Source: Macrostomum hystrix
Lineage: Eukaryota; Animalia; Platyhelminthes
DNA length: 64,000 bases
NCBI GenBank assembly: GCA_950097015.1
Contig: CATNEN010000029.1
Span: 1,302,001 to 1,366,000, forward strand
Direction of reading: 5' to 3'
Each line of letters begins with the position of its first letter. Position 1 is the first letter of the stretch. Both the position numbers and the translations under genes were made by a program. This document shows, piece by piece, positions 12,801 through 24,959 of the stretch. The notes under the pieces were generated by a model. It searched no databases, was not told the DNA's origin, and was given only the letters and a program-made list of their open reading frames with translations.

Positions 12801-13660
12801 AATCAACTACTCAGTATCTTAATCAACTGTACTCAGTATCTTAATCAACTGTACTCAGTATCTTAATCAACTATACTCAGTATCTTAATCAACTACTCAG
12901 TATCTTAATCAACTACTCAGTATCTTAATCAACTACTCAGTATCTTAATCAACTATACTCAGTATCTTAATCAACTACTCAGTATCTTAATCAACTACTC
13001 AGTATCTTAATCAACTATACTCAGTATCTTAATCAACTATACTCAGTATCTTAAGCAACTACTCAGTATCTTAATCAACTAATCAGTATCTTAATCAACT
13101 GTACTCAGTATCTTAATCAACTGTACTCAGTATCTTAATCAACTATACTCAGTATCTTAATCAACTGTACTCAGTATCTTAATCAACTATACTCAGTATC
13201 TTAATCAACTATACTCAGTATCTTAATCAACTGTACTCAGTATCTTAATCAACTGTACTCAGTATCTTAATCAACTATACTCAGTATCTTAATCAACTGT
13301 ACTCAGTATCTTAATCAACTGTACTCAGTATCTTAATCAACTACTCAGTATCTTAATCAACTGTACTCAGTATCTTAATCAACTATACTCAGTATCTTAA
13401 TCAACTACTCAGTATCTTAATCAACTGCTCAGTATCTTAATCAACTACTCAGTATCTTAATCAACTACTCAGTATCTTAATCAACTACTCAGTATCTTAA
13501 TCAACTACTCAGTATCTTAATCAACTACTCAGTATCTTAATCAACTACTCAGTATCTTAATCAACTACTCAGTATCTTAATCAACTGCTCAGTATCTTAA
13601 TCAACTACTCAGTATCTTAATCAACTACCCAGTATCTTAATCAACTACTCAGTACCTCAA
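9832..13660. repeat. 3.8-kb satellite of 20/22-bp units (CTCAGTATCTTAATCAACTA[TA/GT]) between the two TNF-like genes
   Basis: Continuous tandem array visible directly. Confidence 0.97.
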
Positions 13661-14524
13661 TTAACGACTCAATATCTCACCTTACAACTTAGCAGAAAAA
13701 ATAATAAAGAGCATTGGTTCTGAGTTGTTTGGCTAGCCTCTTGGATCAAAATAAGTTATCTAGGCAGCATTTGTTCTTTATTTTTTCTGATAGTATGTTT
13801 TAAATTGATTTGAAAGAAGAAGATTATCAAATTTACACTTGAATAGCAAAACAGAAAGTTTCGTTTTGCATCAATCGTGATGGCAAGGCTATATTGTTTT
13901 GGCTTAAATAATAGTATATGTACACCAACGAGTTATGAAACAATAATGTAGCATTTTTAATCAATCGGAGTAACTGTGCGCTTCTCAAAATATAAAATTC
14001 ATTCTTATTGTTAATAGCATTGCTGACAGCATCTGATTAAGAAGGACCACAGTTAGATATAAATGACAGGAAACACCGATTTTTTGTAACTTAGTGGTGC
14101 TTCTTTTCACAATCCTGCTCAAAGACGACGGACTATAAAGTTTTCTTAGGATAAGTTTGATCTTAGCTCCTATCTAGGCATCGCAAATTTCATTCCTTAA
14201 TTTGAACTTATATGGATACACAATATTTATGCCCCTCTATATCTCTCTCCCTCTCGTTTTTCTTCCTCTTAGTCGCGTGCGAGGCGCTATTGGCTGATCC
14301 AGACTGCCAGCGTGAGCCTTACGCGGAGCCCTGAGCCAGCCATGTTTTGTTTCCTAACCCTTGCACGCATGTGATTGGCTGTGGCCGGGTAGGCTGGTGT
14401 GCGTCTGCTCTGCCCTCGGTCTGGAAGCCGCCACACTTGTGAGGGAGGCCCCATGAGTTTAGTTAATGTCTGGCTTAAATTTACTCCGACAAACGCCCTA
14501 AAACGCGTTATTGGAGTGGGGTCA

Positions 14525-17500
14525 CTACCGCATTTCAATTTCAAAAAAGGATTGATGTCGAACAATGGTTCGATTATTTTTAGAACTACTAAAAGCCAGC
14601 TTTGAGCGACTTTTCAAATAGCGAATGCCGAATATTGTGCAGTGAGTGTAGATCGCTGTGATGCTCTCCATACAGGTAATCCAGGTGTCTCCGTTGACTA
14701 GCACCGATGTGTCAACCTCGAACAGCGAGTTTTTGTCATGAAAGGTCACCTTAAAATGGAAACGCAAAGGGCATTCCTTAAACTGCGCATTTTTTTCATT
14801 GAATATTACGAACAATGCTTTTTGTACTGCGAATGCGTAAGCTGCCTGACGATGAGAAAGTCAGAGCAGTTCCACATACATTCGTGTGCTCAGAGGGCAT
14901 GAGTAATTGTTGGGGCCTTCTTAGATTTTGTAAAGATAAAAGCATAAATGATAGAAATAATTGCTGAAGGGCTGCTGGCAATGGCAGATTAATTGGCAAC
15001 ACTTGACCCTAAGCCAGCGAGGTGGCAATTTTGGGACATTGGTACGAGAGGCAAACGCGTTAAACGCTCTGCCACTGACCCCCCTTATGTAAAATATCGA
15101 AAAATCTGCACGTTTAACTGTTGCAATAGAAACTAGGAGTACACTTTCTTACTTCTGCATGGATACGGTAAACTGCACTGTGATGAACTTCGATCTCAGT
15201 TTCGCCGTTTTGTTTTTCCCAAAGCTGGTAGTACTCCGTCATTCGCTCACAATAGTTTCTCTTATCTTGCATGCCATGGTTAGTGCAGTGCAGCGGATAA
15301 TTACCTGTGGATTAAATTGCATCCTATAGTTCAAAAAATAACCTGTGACTGTAATACAAATGTGCCTGTCTGTGACTGTAATATAATGTGCCTGTCTGTG
15401 ACTGTAATACTAATTTGCATGTCTGTGACTGTAATATAATGTGCCTGTCTGTGACTGTAATACTAATTTGCATGTCTGTGACTGTAATATAATGTGCCTG
15501 TCTGTGACTGTAATACTAATTTGCATGTCTGTGACTGTAATATAATGTGCCTGTCTGTGACTGTAATACTAATTTGCATGTCTGTGACTGTAATATAATG
15601 TGCCTGTCTGTGACTGTATACTAATGTGCCTGTCTGTGACTGTAATATAATGTGCCTGTCTGTGACTGTAATATAATGTGCCTGTCTGTGACTGTAATAC
15701 TAATGTGCCTGTCTGTGACTGTAATATAATGTGCCTGTCTGTGACTGTAATACTAATGTGCCTGTCTGTGACTGTAATATAATGTGCCTGTCTGTGACTG
15801 TAATATAATGTGCCTGTCTGTGACTGTAATATAATGTGCCTGTCTGTGACTGTATACCAATGTGCCTGTCTGTGACTGTAATACTAATTGTGCCTGTTTA
15901 TGACTGTAATATAATGTGCCTGTCTGTGACTGTAATACTAATGTGCCTGTCTGTGACTGTAATACTAATGTGCCTGTCTGTGACTGTAATACTAATGTGC
16001 CTGTCTGTGACTGTAATACTAATGTGCCTGTCTATGACTGTAATATAATGTGCCTGTCTGTGACTGTAATATATATAATGTGCCTGTCTGTGACTGTAAT
16101 ATAATGTGCCTGTCTGTGACTGTAATACTAATGTGCCTGTCTGTGACTGTAATATAATGTGCCTGTCTGTGACTGTAATACTAATGTGCCTGTCTGTGAC
16201 TGTAATACTAATGTGCCTGTCTATGACTGTAATATAATGTGCCTGTCTGTGACTGTAATATATATAATGTGCCTGTCTGTGACTGTAATATAATGTGCCT
16301 GTCTGTGACTGTAATACTAATGTGCCTGTCTATGACTGTAATATAATGTGCCTGTCTGTGACTGTAATATATATAATGTGCCTGTCTGTGACTGTAATAC
16401 TAATGTGCCTGTCTGTGACTGTAATATAATGTGCCTGTCTGTGACTGTAATACTAATGTGCCTGTCTGTGACTGTAATACTAATGTGCCTGTCTATGACT
16501 GTATACTAATGTGCCTGTCTGTGACTGTAATACTAATGTGCCTGTCTGTGACTGTAATATAATGTGCCTGTCTATGACTGTAATATAATGTGCCTGTCTA
16601 TGACTGTAATATAATGTGCCTGTCTGTGACTGTAATACTAATTGTGCCTGTCTGTGACTGTAGTACTAATTGTGCCTGTCTGTGACTGTAATACTAATGT
16701 GCCTGTCTGTGACTGTAATACTAATGTGCCTGTCTGTGACTGTAATATAATGTGCCTGTCTGTGACTGTAATATAATGTGCCTGTCTGTGACTGTAATAC
16801 TAATGTGCCTGTCTGTGACTGTAATATAATGTGCCTGTCTGTGACTGTAATACTAATGTGCCTGTCTGTGACTGTAATACTAATGTGCCTGTCTGTTACT
16901 GTATACTAATGTGCCTGTCTGTGACTGTAATACTAATGTGCCTGTCTGTGACTGTAATATAATGTGCCTGTCTGTGACTGTAATACTAATGTGCCTGTCT
17001 GTGACTGTAATACTAATGTGCCTGTCTATGACTGTATACTAATGTGCCTGTCTGTGACTGTAATACTAATGTGCCTGTCTGTGACTGTAATATAATGTGC
17101 CTGTCTATGACTGTAATACTAATGTGCCTGTCTATGACTGTAATATAATGTGCCTGTCTGTGACTGTAATATAATGTGCCTGTCTATGACTGTAATATAA
17201 TGTGCCTGTCTATGACTGTAATATAATGTGCCTGTCTGTGACTGTAATACTAATTGTGCCTGTCTGTGACTGTAGTACTAATTGTGCCTGTCTGTGACTG
17301 TAATACTAATGTGCCTGTCTGTGACTGTATACTAATGTGCCTGTCTGTGACTGTAATATAATGTGCCTGTCTGTGACTGTATACTAATGTGCCTGTCTGT
17401 GACTGTAATACTAATGTGCCTGTCTGTGACTGTAATACTAATTGTGCCTGTCTGTGACTGTAATACTAATGTGCCTGTCTGTGACTGTATACTAATGTGC

Positions 17501-19138
17501 CTGTCTGTGACTGTAATACTAATGTGCCTGTCTGTGACTGTAATACTAATGTGCCTGTCTGTGACTGTAATACCAATCTGACTTTTTATATGATTGTGAA
17601 AGGTTGCAATCAAGAAAATCGCAGTGAAGCTACTGACCATTTGTGTAATAAATATTGGAAGTAGTTTTTGGAAACTCAAGCCGAATTCCAATCCAATCCT
17701 GCAAAGGAAGGAGGGGCGGACTCCAAGCATTCGATTTGTCTTTTTCTTATTGTGTACATAAAAGTATAAAATAATTTTTTTACATTTAAGATAATTTCTC
17801 CTTCGTTATCAGATTATTAAATGCTTCTGGACTAATCACACTGTTTAAGGTTGATCCTACGGAAAATCCCAGTCTAAGGATAGATATAATACTGTCTAAG
17901 GTCAAACCCTACTTTCAATGGGTATGCCACTGTCTCTACTGGATAGATGTCACTGTCTCTACTGGATAGATATCACTGTCTCTACTGGATAGATGTCACT
18001 GTCTCTACTGGATAGATGTCACTGTCTCTACTGGATAGATGCCGCTGTCTCTACTGGATAGATGCCGCTGTCTCTACTGGATAGATGCCGCTGTCTCTAC
18101 TGGATAGATGTCACTGTCTCTACTGGATAGATGTCACTGTCTCTACTGGATAGATGTCACTGTCTCTACTGGATAGATGTCACTGTCTCTACTGGATAGA
18201 TGTCACTGTCTCTACTGGATAGATGCCGCTGTCTCTACTGGATAGATGTCACTGTCTCTACTGGATAGATGTCACTGTCTCTACTGGATAGATGCCACTG
18301 TCTCTACTGGATAGATGCCGCTGTCTCTACTGGATAGATGTCACTGTCTCTTCTAACTCACCCTTTCCTTGGTGTTTTTCAGCCAGGACGCATTGCTTGA
18401 GTCTCTGGCACTGCGATTGTTGACAAGGAAGACGCAGCACACAGCGAATAGGGCCACCAGCATCATCTGGCAGAGCAACCACAGGGCCGGCGAAACTGCT
18501 TTCTTGTGCAGACAGGCGGGCCGACTCTCCAGTGCCACGTCGTATACCTGGCTAAGTCGTTGGCTCAGAACGGAGCTGGGCCCCTGACGCTGCTGCTGAT
18601 GCTGCTGTTAAAGCGTTTGCTGAACTGTTTCAGTCAGCACAACAACTAAGTACCACTTATTAATCCCTTGATCTCATGAAAAGCACTGCCATAGACCCAA
18701 TCAAGTATTCTCATAAACCCAATGAAGCACTGTCATTGAAAACATTCTTTAATTGCCCCTTAAAACCCATTTAAAGCACTCTCATTGATCTCATTCAAGC
18801 TCTCCCATAGAACTCAGGCACTCCTATAAGCCGCATCAAACAATCCACTGCATAGACCACATTTAGGCACTCGCTAGACCTTACTCGCTCATCATGCTTC
18901 AACCAAACATAAGAATTGAAATCAATTCTACCAAGGGAATTCTCCGCAATGGCACAACGCATGACAATGGATACATTGGCCTTACCCTATTGGCCGGAGC
19001 CTCATGCCGTGTCCTCTGCGACTGTTTGGCATCGGCGGAACGCCCTGCTCTGATCTTTTCCATTCGCAAGTTTGAATCGTCTTTTCGAAGGTTCACCACC
19101 TTCTCGTTGGAAATCGTGTATAGGTAGCTGCCAGACAT
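14525..19138 (-). CDS. TNF-superfamily-like type II membrane ligand, paralog B (288 aa)
   Basis: Exons 19138-18986 (aaaATG MSGSY.., donor GTAAG), 18604-18362 (TM ALWLLCQMMLVALFAVCCVFLV, donor GTGAG), 17698-17638 (DWIGIRLEFPKTTSNIYYTN, donor GTCAGT), 15304-15153 (..IEVHHSAVYRIHAE, donor GTAAG) and 14782-14525 (FKECP..HCTIFGIRYLKSRSKLAF..QSFFEIEMR*). Total 867 nt in frame. The last exon is 258 nt, as in paralog A. Confidence 0.68.
15020..15088 (-). mobile_element. SINE family 1 5' (tRNA-like) fragment; a separate 3' hairpin fragment lies at 14841-14870 (+)
   Basis: Reverse complement reads GGGGTCAGTGGCAGAGCGTTTAACGCGTTTGCCTCTCGTACCAA, matching the head of the 33685-33898 copy. Confidence 0.55.
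15340..17575. repeat. 26-28-bp minisatellite (GTGCCTGTCTGTGACTGTAATACTAAT) filling intron 3 of TNF-like B
   Basis: Direct tandem array of about 80 units. Confidence 0.97.
17925..18350. repeat. 23-bp minisatellite (CTGTCTCTACTGGATAGATGTCA) in intron 2 of TNF-like B
   Basis: GGATAGA recurs at 23-bp spacing (17941, 17964 and onward). Confidence 0.95.
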
Positions 19139-20171
19139 TTTACTCGGAGCCACTATGCTAAACGACAGATTTTAGTAATGATTCTATTATAGTTGTTAGC
19201 AAAATTCAAGATTATGCCTGAACTATTTAAAAGACTGAAGTTCTCTATCTTTGGCTCTATTATAGTTATAAAAAAAATTTTTTTGCTAATTTTGCTTTGC
19301 TGTGCGTTTGCCTGCCACAGCTAGCACGACTTTAAATGGCTCTTCTGAGCCTGCATCTTCGACAGCAAGCCCCTACAATCTTTGCTTTTGATCGATGCTA
19401 GTGTTGACTTTGTCCTTCACAGTTAAGCATGAGGCTAATTATAATATCGTATGTTGGTCTGGTTTAGTTCGGAAACAAGGATGAGTCTTGCTTGACCTCA
19501 GGGTTCTATCATAAACAAGATTTCAAACCGATTCAACACTATCGTGCTGTGTTTCCTGGCTGTACATATAAAAATGGCACTATGCATCACAATCTGTGGC
19601 TATGTAAACATTTTTTATATTCTCCTAACGAAGTCACTTTCAAGCAGACTTTTTGAAGCCTTTGATTAGTCATTTTAGATTTATACTGCAAGCAACATTT
19701 TAAGGACAGAAAACTGCTTGGGAAAAATTAAGCTACTGTTAGTAGAAAGACAATACGAGCTAAATTACTTCTTTTCTCAAGCCCAAAGAAAGAGTGTAAA
19801 TAGATTTTTTGTATAGAACCTAAAGTTGTCACTATTAAAACTAATATATATAAATTTTGATACAATCAACTACTTTTTTTCTTTTTTCATGGTTTGGTTT
19901 AACCTGGTTATAGCTTTTACTTTTTATAGCTAATCGACTGTCACTAAACACGAATCACGATCACGATACAACTACTTCAACGTAACTCGACATTCCTACT
20001 AAAAAATCAAATATTTATAGCATTGCTAAATACGTAACTAATTATAACCGCCATAAGCCCCATAACATGCAAGCAAGAAAGTAACATGCAAGCTCATCGT
20101 CGTAAAGTTCATAGCAAGCATTACTCAGTATACGCTGTATATTTAACAGTTTCAAACACCTTTCCAGTACC

Positions 20172-20243
20172 TCCTCGATAGTATAGTGGTCAGTATCTCC
20201 GCCTGTCACGTGGAAGGCCCGGGTTCGATTCCCGGTCGGGGAG
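20172..20243 (+). tRNA. tRNA-Asp (anticodon GTC)
   Basis: 72 nt. Acceptor stem TCCTCGA/TCGGGGA, anticodon arm TCCGC-CTGTCAC-GTGGA, T arm CCGGG-TTCGATT-CCCGG; a T-run (Pol III terminator-like) follows a few bases downstream. Confidence 0.95.
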
Positions 20244-21449
20244 AATATTATTTTTGATTTGTTGCTTTTTAGGAAAAAATTATTGTCTCAATTTATATAC
20301 TTACAGTTCTCTTTCATTTTTGCTCGTCAAAAGTATTATATATAATATATAACGCTTTCCGATATGTATTGAAAAAAACAGTATGCGTACTCGTACATGC
20401 TTCGTTGTAAAAACACAGAGGTTTAACTATCCCAGAAAACATGAGTAGAAGTCCACTGGCTCGCAGAAGCAGAACCAATCAACCAATACTTCTTGTAAGT
20501 CATCTTGAATCACAGTATTTATAAATAAATAATTCAGAAAAGAAAGCGGCATATATTTTTATATTTTTGCATATTCTGCAATTCTTATGGTTATTGCGAT
20601 CAGTGGAAAATTAAATAATACATTTTGGAAGTCAAGGCTTCAAGCTATCTGAACTGTTCCAGTACGATCACAAGTAGAAAAAAATATGAATACTCTATAT
20701 CAGTTTTTATCAAACCGAACAAAAACGGTAATTCGGAACACCTATGTGCATTAAGTCTTTCATTTTAGCCTACTATCTATAAAAGTTGTTAGTAGTATTT
20801 TTCACATTGTGTAATCGAGCAATAGTTTTTTCTTGTATGTAGCATTTTAGTTAGTCGATAACACAAACATTGCACATTGTCCAGTTTTCCAGCGAGCGCA
20901 CGATACTATAATAAAGTAAATATAGTCTGCATGTGTATAAAGTATAAGGTATATAAAGTAATAATTAGGTGGGAACCGTCTCAGGTGCAGATCAATTCGC
21001 GATGGTACGACAAGCTACATTTGAATGGCGAGACCAATAGTAATAAACGATAAATAAAACAATTTCCAGCTGTACAACTGTCATTGTAAAAATCAACAAT
21101 ACCTAAAAACATCCCAAAGAGTATAATTACGAATATGACCTATGACCTATTCTTGCATTGGACAAATATTGTCAACAGAGCTTTCTCCGCACAATGGAGA
21201 GCACACGAAAGTGTTATTTATTTTTTAGGTGCCTTACTGAGAGCTGTACGCCCAAAAGCAGTAGGAGCGGTATATATTAGTGCAGTATATATTATAACTA
21301 TCAATTACTTAGTTAAGCTTACTTAGTTAAGTTTATGAAGGGTATCGCTTCTGTCTCTAGCATTAGATTTCAGCCAGCTTTTGTCCTCGCTATTGTTCAC
21401 AGCAAGTCTGCACATTATCCAATGGCCAGGTGTAGACACTATCATATCA

Positions 21450-22020
21450 GACATTGACGAGCCCACTCTATTACAGGCAGAATAATTCTGTACCTTTTTT
21501 GTTGAAAAAATAGCTTGGACAGCCTCAGGACGTCGGGACTATGGGCTACGGGGTGGAGGCGGTCGTGTAGACGGAGAGAATTTCTATGGGTTGTGTGGCG
21601 CTGGGCGACAATGGGGTTGGCGGCGAGGGCAAGCGAACAGAGGGCTGAAAGAGAATAGGAGTACATACTGGCCCCTCAATAGCAGAGGTACGGGCATGGA
21701 GGCGGGCACAATGGTAAATAAGCCAATCACACCGTGGGAGAGGCACAAATTAAAGGCGACTTGAATTCTTGAAGCAGAACTCCCAGACTCTGGCGCATGC
21801 TGGGCGCGCACAGTTTGCTCACGCGGGTACAGTTTGAAGCCAAAAAGCTTCTGAGCAGGGCCATGCATGCTTTCATGCATGAGAGAGAGAGACTTGGCGT
21901 ACAATTTCAAATGAGTGGCCGCGAATGCATCAGTGCAGGGAGGAGAGCTGCAGCCTTGGTGGAACAATTAAGGCATCGCTGCGTGGCGCAAATTTTACTC
22001 CCAACCCCTCTCCCTATTTG
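21450..22020 (-). mobile_element. Possible highly decayed LINE 3' fragment
   Basis: GC-rich patch in AT-rich DNA; the minus-strand peptide HLKLYAKSLSLMHESMHGPAQ loosely resembles the C-terminal region of L2/CR1-type ORF2. Weak. Confidence 0.25.
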
Positions 22021-22225
22021 AAGACAAATTTTAGGACAGAGATTTGAAGTCCTGTCTCCTTCAATCTACCCCAATGGACTCTATAATAAGGGCAAGATTG
22101 AATGTGATCTGAGTAGTTAGAAGTCGCGACGTTTGTCTGCGAAAAAAGCCAAGTATTCGCTGTAAAGTTAATTCTTACCAGTCATGAGTGAAAACATTAG
22201 CTTAGTAATCTCTTCGCAGCCAAAA

Positions 22226-22236
22226 ATGCCAGAGGG

Positions 22237-22277
<41 letters not shown>

Positions 22278-23266
22278 CCAACAGCGCCCAGAAGCCTCGA
22301 CCACTTGGCCGAATTCGAGTTCAAGGCCAGAGGGCGACAGGGTCCAGAAAGTCCGAGGACTTCAGTGTGCAAGGCGAGGCGTACAGCGCTGTCGAGAAGC
22401 TGAACGGTAGCAGCAACAGCAGCAGCAGTCTGCCTCCGATTTCGGGCAGCCAGCAGACGCCGCAGCATCAGCGCCAATCAAGCATACAGTCCACGTCTTC
22501 AGGTAGCCCAACGAGCGACGCATTCCGACTGACCAGGCTGCAGCAGCGGGAGCAGGAGCTTCTAAAGAAGTTGCAGGACTCTGCGGCCAGAGAAAAGCTG
22601 CTTAAAGAACAGGTCGACCGGCTCGAGAAGATGCTGGCCACGGCTCAAACGCTTCTGGAAGACGAGAGGCAGGCCAGACAGGACACGGAGGCGCAGCTGG
22701 CACACTGGTCAGGCAGCGGAGACAAATACCGTCTGCTTTACGAGGAGGAGTGCCGCGCCCATCAGGCCACAGCGCAGCGCCTTGAGCAGCTTCAGGAGCA
22801 GCACAGAGCGGAGTCGGCTCGATTAATGAACCAGCTGGACAGCTTGAAAGAGCAGCTGAAGCTGGCTGAGTCGCGACACGAAGCCGCGCTGGTCCAACTA
22901 AAGCGGGAGCATCAGGAAGCGCTGTCGGAACGGGACAAGCGGATTGACAACCTCAAGAGGCAGGTGGCCGGCGCTCTGGGCACAAACTCGCACGAGCGCC
23001 AGTCGCAGATTGACCAGCTGAACAAAGAGCTGCAGAAGATGGTCGACGAAGTTGAGACGCTTCGGCGCCGGACAGCGGCCGGCGGCAACTGCCAGCAGTG
23101 CCCGACTAAGGATGCAGCGATGCGCGATCAGGGCGAGCAGATTCGGCAGCTGGGCGCGATTTGCCAGAGATTCCGCGGACAGCTCAGCGAGCAAGAGCAG
23201 ATGCTGATCATGCTTCTGGGTAGCAAGAGCAGCGCAGCACCCGGCATGTCGAAGACCAAGCGATAA
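22226..23266 (+). CDS. Intronless polyQ-containing coiled-coil protein of unknown family (346 aa from aaaATG 22226; upstream in-frame ATG at 22184)
   Basis: 1-kb GC-rich open frame with exon-like codon usage, an N-terminal CAG polyQ, a Ser-rich linker and a long heptad-rich E/Q/L/R region. An acceptor-like TCTCTTCGCAG lies just before ATG 22226. Confidence 0.8.
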
Positions 23267-24959
23267 GTCTATTTCATTCGTTCTATAGGGACCAATCAAT
23301 TAAGTTAAGCCTTATTGGCTCATTAATTAAAGTCCTTTGGGATCAATGGATATCAATGTATACTTCTAATTTGTTAAGCTCTTCTTGCCAATTGAATTCT
23401 CAATTGTGACCATTATGATATGTAAACTAAATTTTGTTCTTTTAAAATGTCTTCCTTGTCCAGAGGAATTCTTCGTATTTATTATGATTTCGTAAATTGT
23501 TCTTGTCCTATTTTGGAATATTGTATTTTCTGCAACTCTGCTGTACCTTTCCACAGTGAAAGCACACTAGAAACTATTTTAGTACAAATAACCCGTATCT
23601 ATGTCTGTCAGCTGTCCCTGCTAATTCTGTACTTTCTGTGTACATATTGTCGTTCACAATGTGTACACAGAGTGCTGCAATCCATCGCCCGACACTGCCA
23701 CCGGCGCGGACCATGTTCGCGCGCTGGCTCTGCGGTGCACCATCTGACGCTGCCTCCCTGACTTTGGGGCTAGCGTATTTTGTTGTTGTTGTGGTTGCAA
23801 TGGAAAGATTAGTGCACACGCAAGCTGTGCTTCAATCTCATAGTCATATAGACCATATATAGACCACTAGACCACCATATACCATATAGACTATAGGTGT
23901 AGCCAACAGTGGGGTTCTGCCATAGACAGGAGCATTATGTCACGCTGATGATTCGAAAAGCTTTATTCCACTCTGATTTTTAATTGTCTATGGTAAAATC
24001 TCCACTAATTTTGACACACCTGATTGGCTTGACTATATGAAAAATGTACCACATACCATATGCGGCATTACAATTTACCACAGCACGTAGTAGAAAAGCA
24101 TTTTATCATACAGAAATGACTTAGTCTGTGATAAAACGCACTTGAAGAAATTAGCGAGTGTACAGAAATGAGTTTCTCATTCATGCACGATCAGACAAAT
24201 CGGGACAATAAATTAACTTAGAAGAAAAAAAATATGGACGAAATAACGAAAAACCAAGCAATTGTTAAAAATAAAAATGATTTTCCAACAAGCTTAAGCC
24301 TTTGTCCATGGTCAAAGTCAATGATATTCCTTGACGCAAGAATTATATAGATTTGCACATAAATATTGAAATATTGACAATTATTATTTTTTAGCATATT
24401 GTGTTTAGTGTTACGCGGAATTACAGTTATTACGGAATGCTTTAAACTCCAATTATCAAAACTGATACAGACAATTTGTTCATAGCTTTTTGTGCATCGC
24501 AAAAAGTGGTTTTAAAAGCAGAAAATATACCGCTGCATTTTTTGACTTCCAAAATTTAAAACTTTAACGTTACTAAACGCTGCTTTGCGTCTTTTTTCAT
24601 CGTGTTACATTAAGATGTCAGAAAAATGTCGTAGCTTTCCAACTTAATATAATTTCTTACACTATAGCTTCTGTGGCACTTACACAAAAATTTCCTATAG
24701 CACGTATATTTCCCTCATGGCTATACTCGTACACAGCTCTTACATACAGGAATTGAATTTGATCAGTGATTGTTTCTGTGCTAAATTAGCTCGTGCTTCA
24801 AATGAGTCCAAATCTTCACACTACATTTAGATTACGACAAAGCATGATGATACCAATCATCATAACAATCGCGAATTGCTCGTTCCATTAAAAAGGAATT
24901 AGCAAGCTCTGTCTAAGGAAAGTGTGTATAGGCACCTGCGCTCCGCCTCAGTAAGCCTA

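Noticed and set aside
9832-13660. CRISPR-like appearance of long regular repeats
   Set aside because: Units abut directly with no unique spacers, there are no cas genes, and the context is eukaryotic; the same applies to all other arrays.
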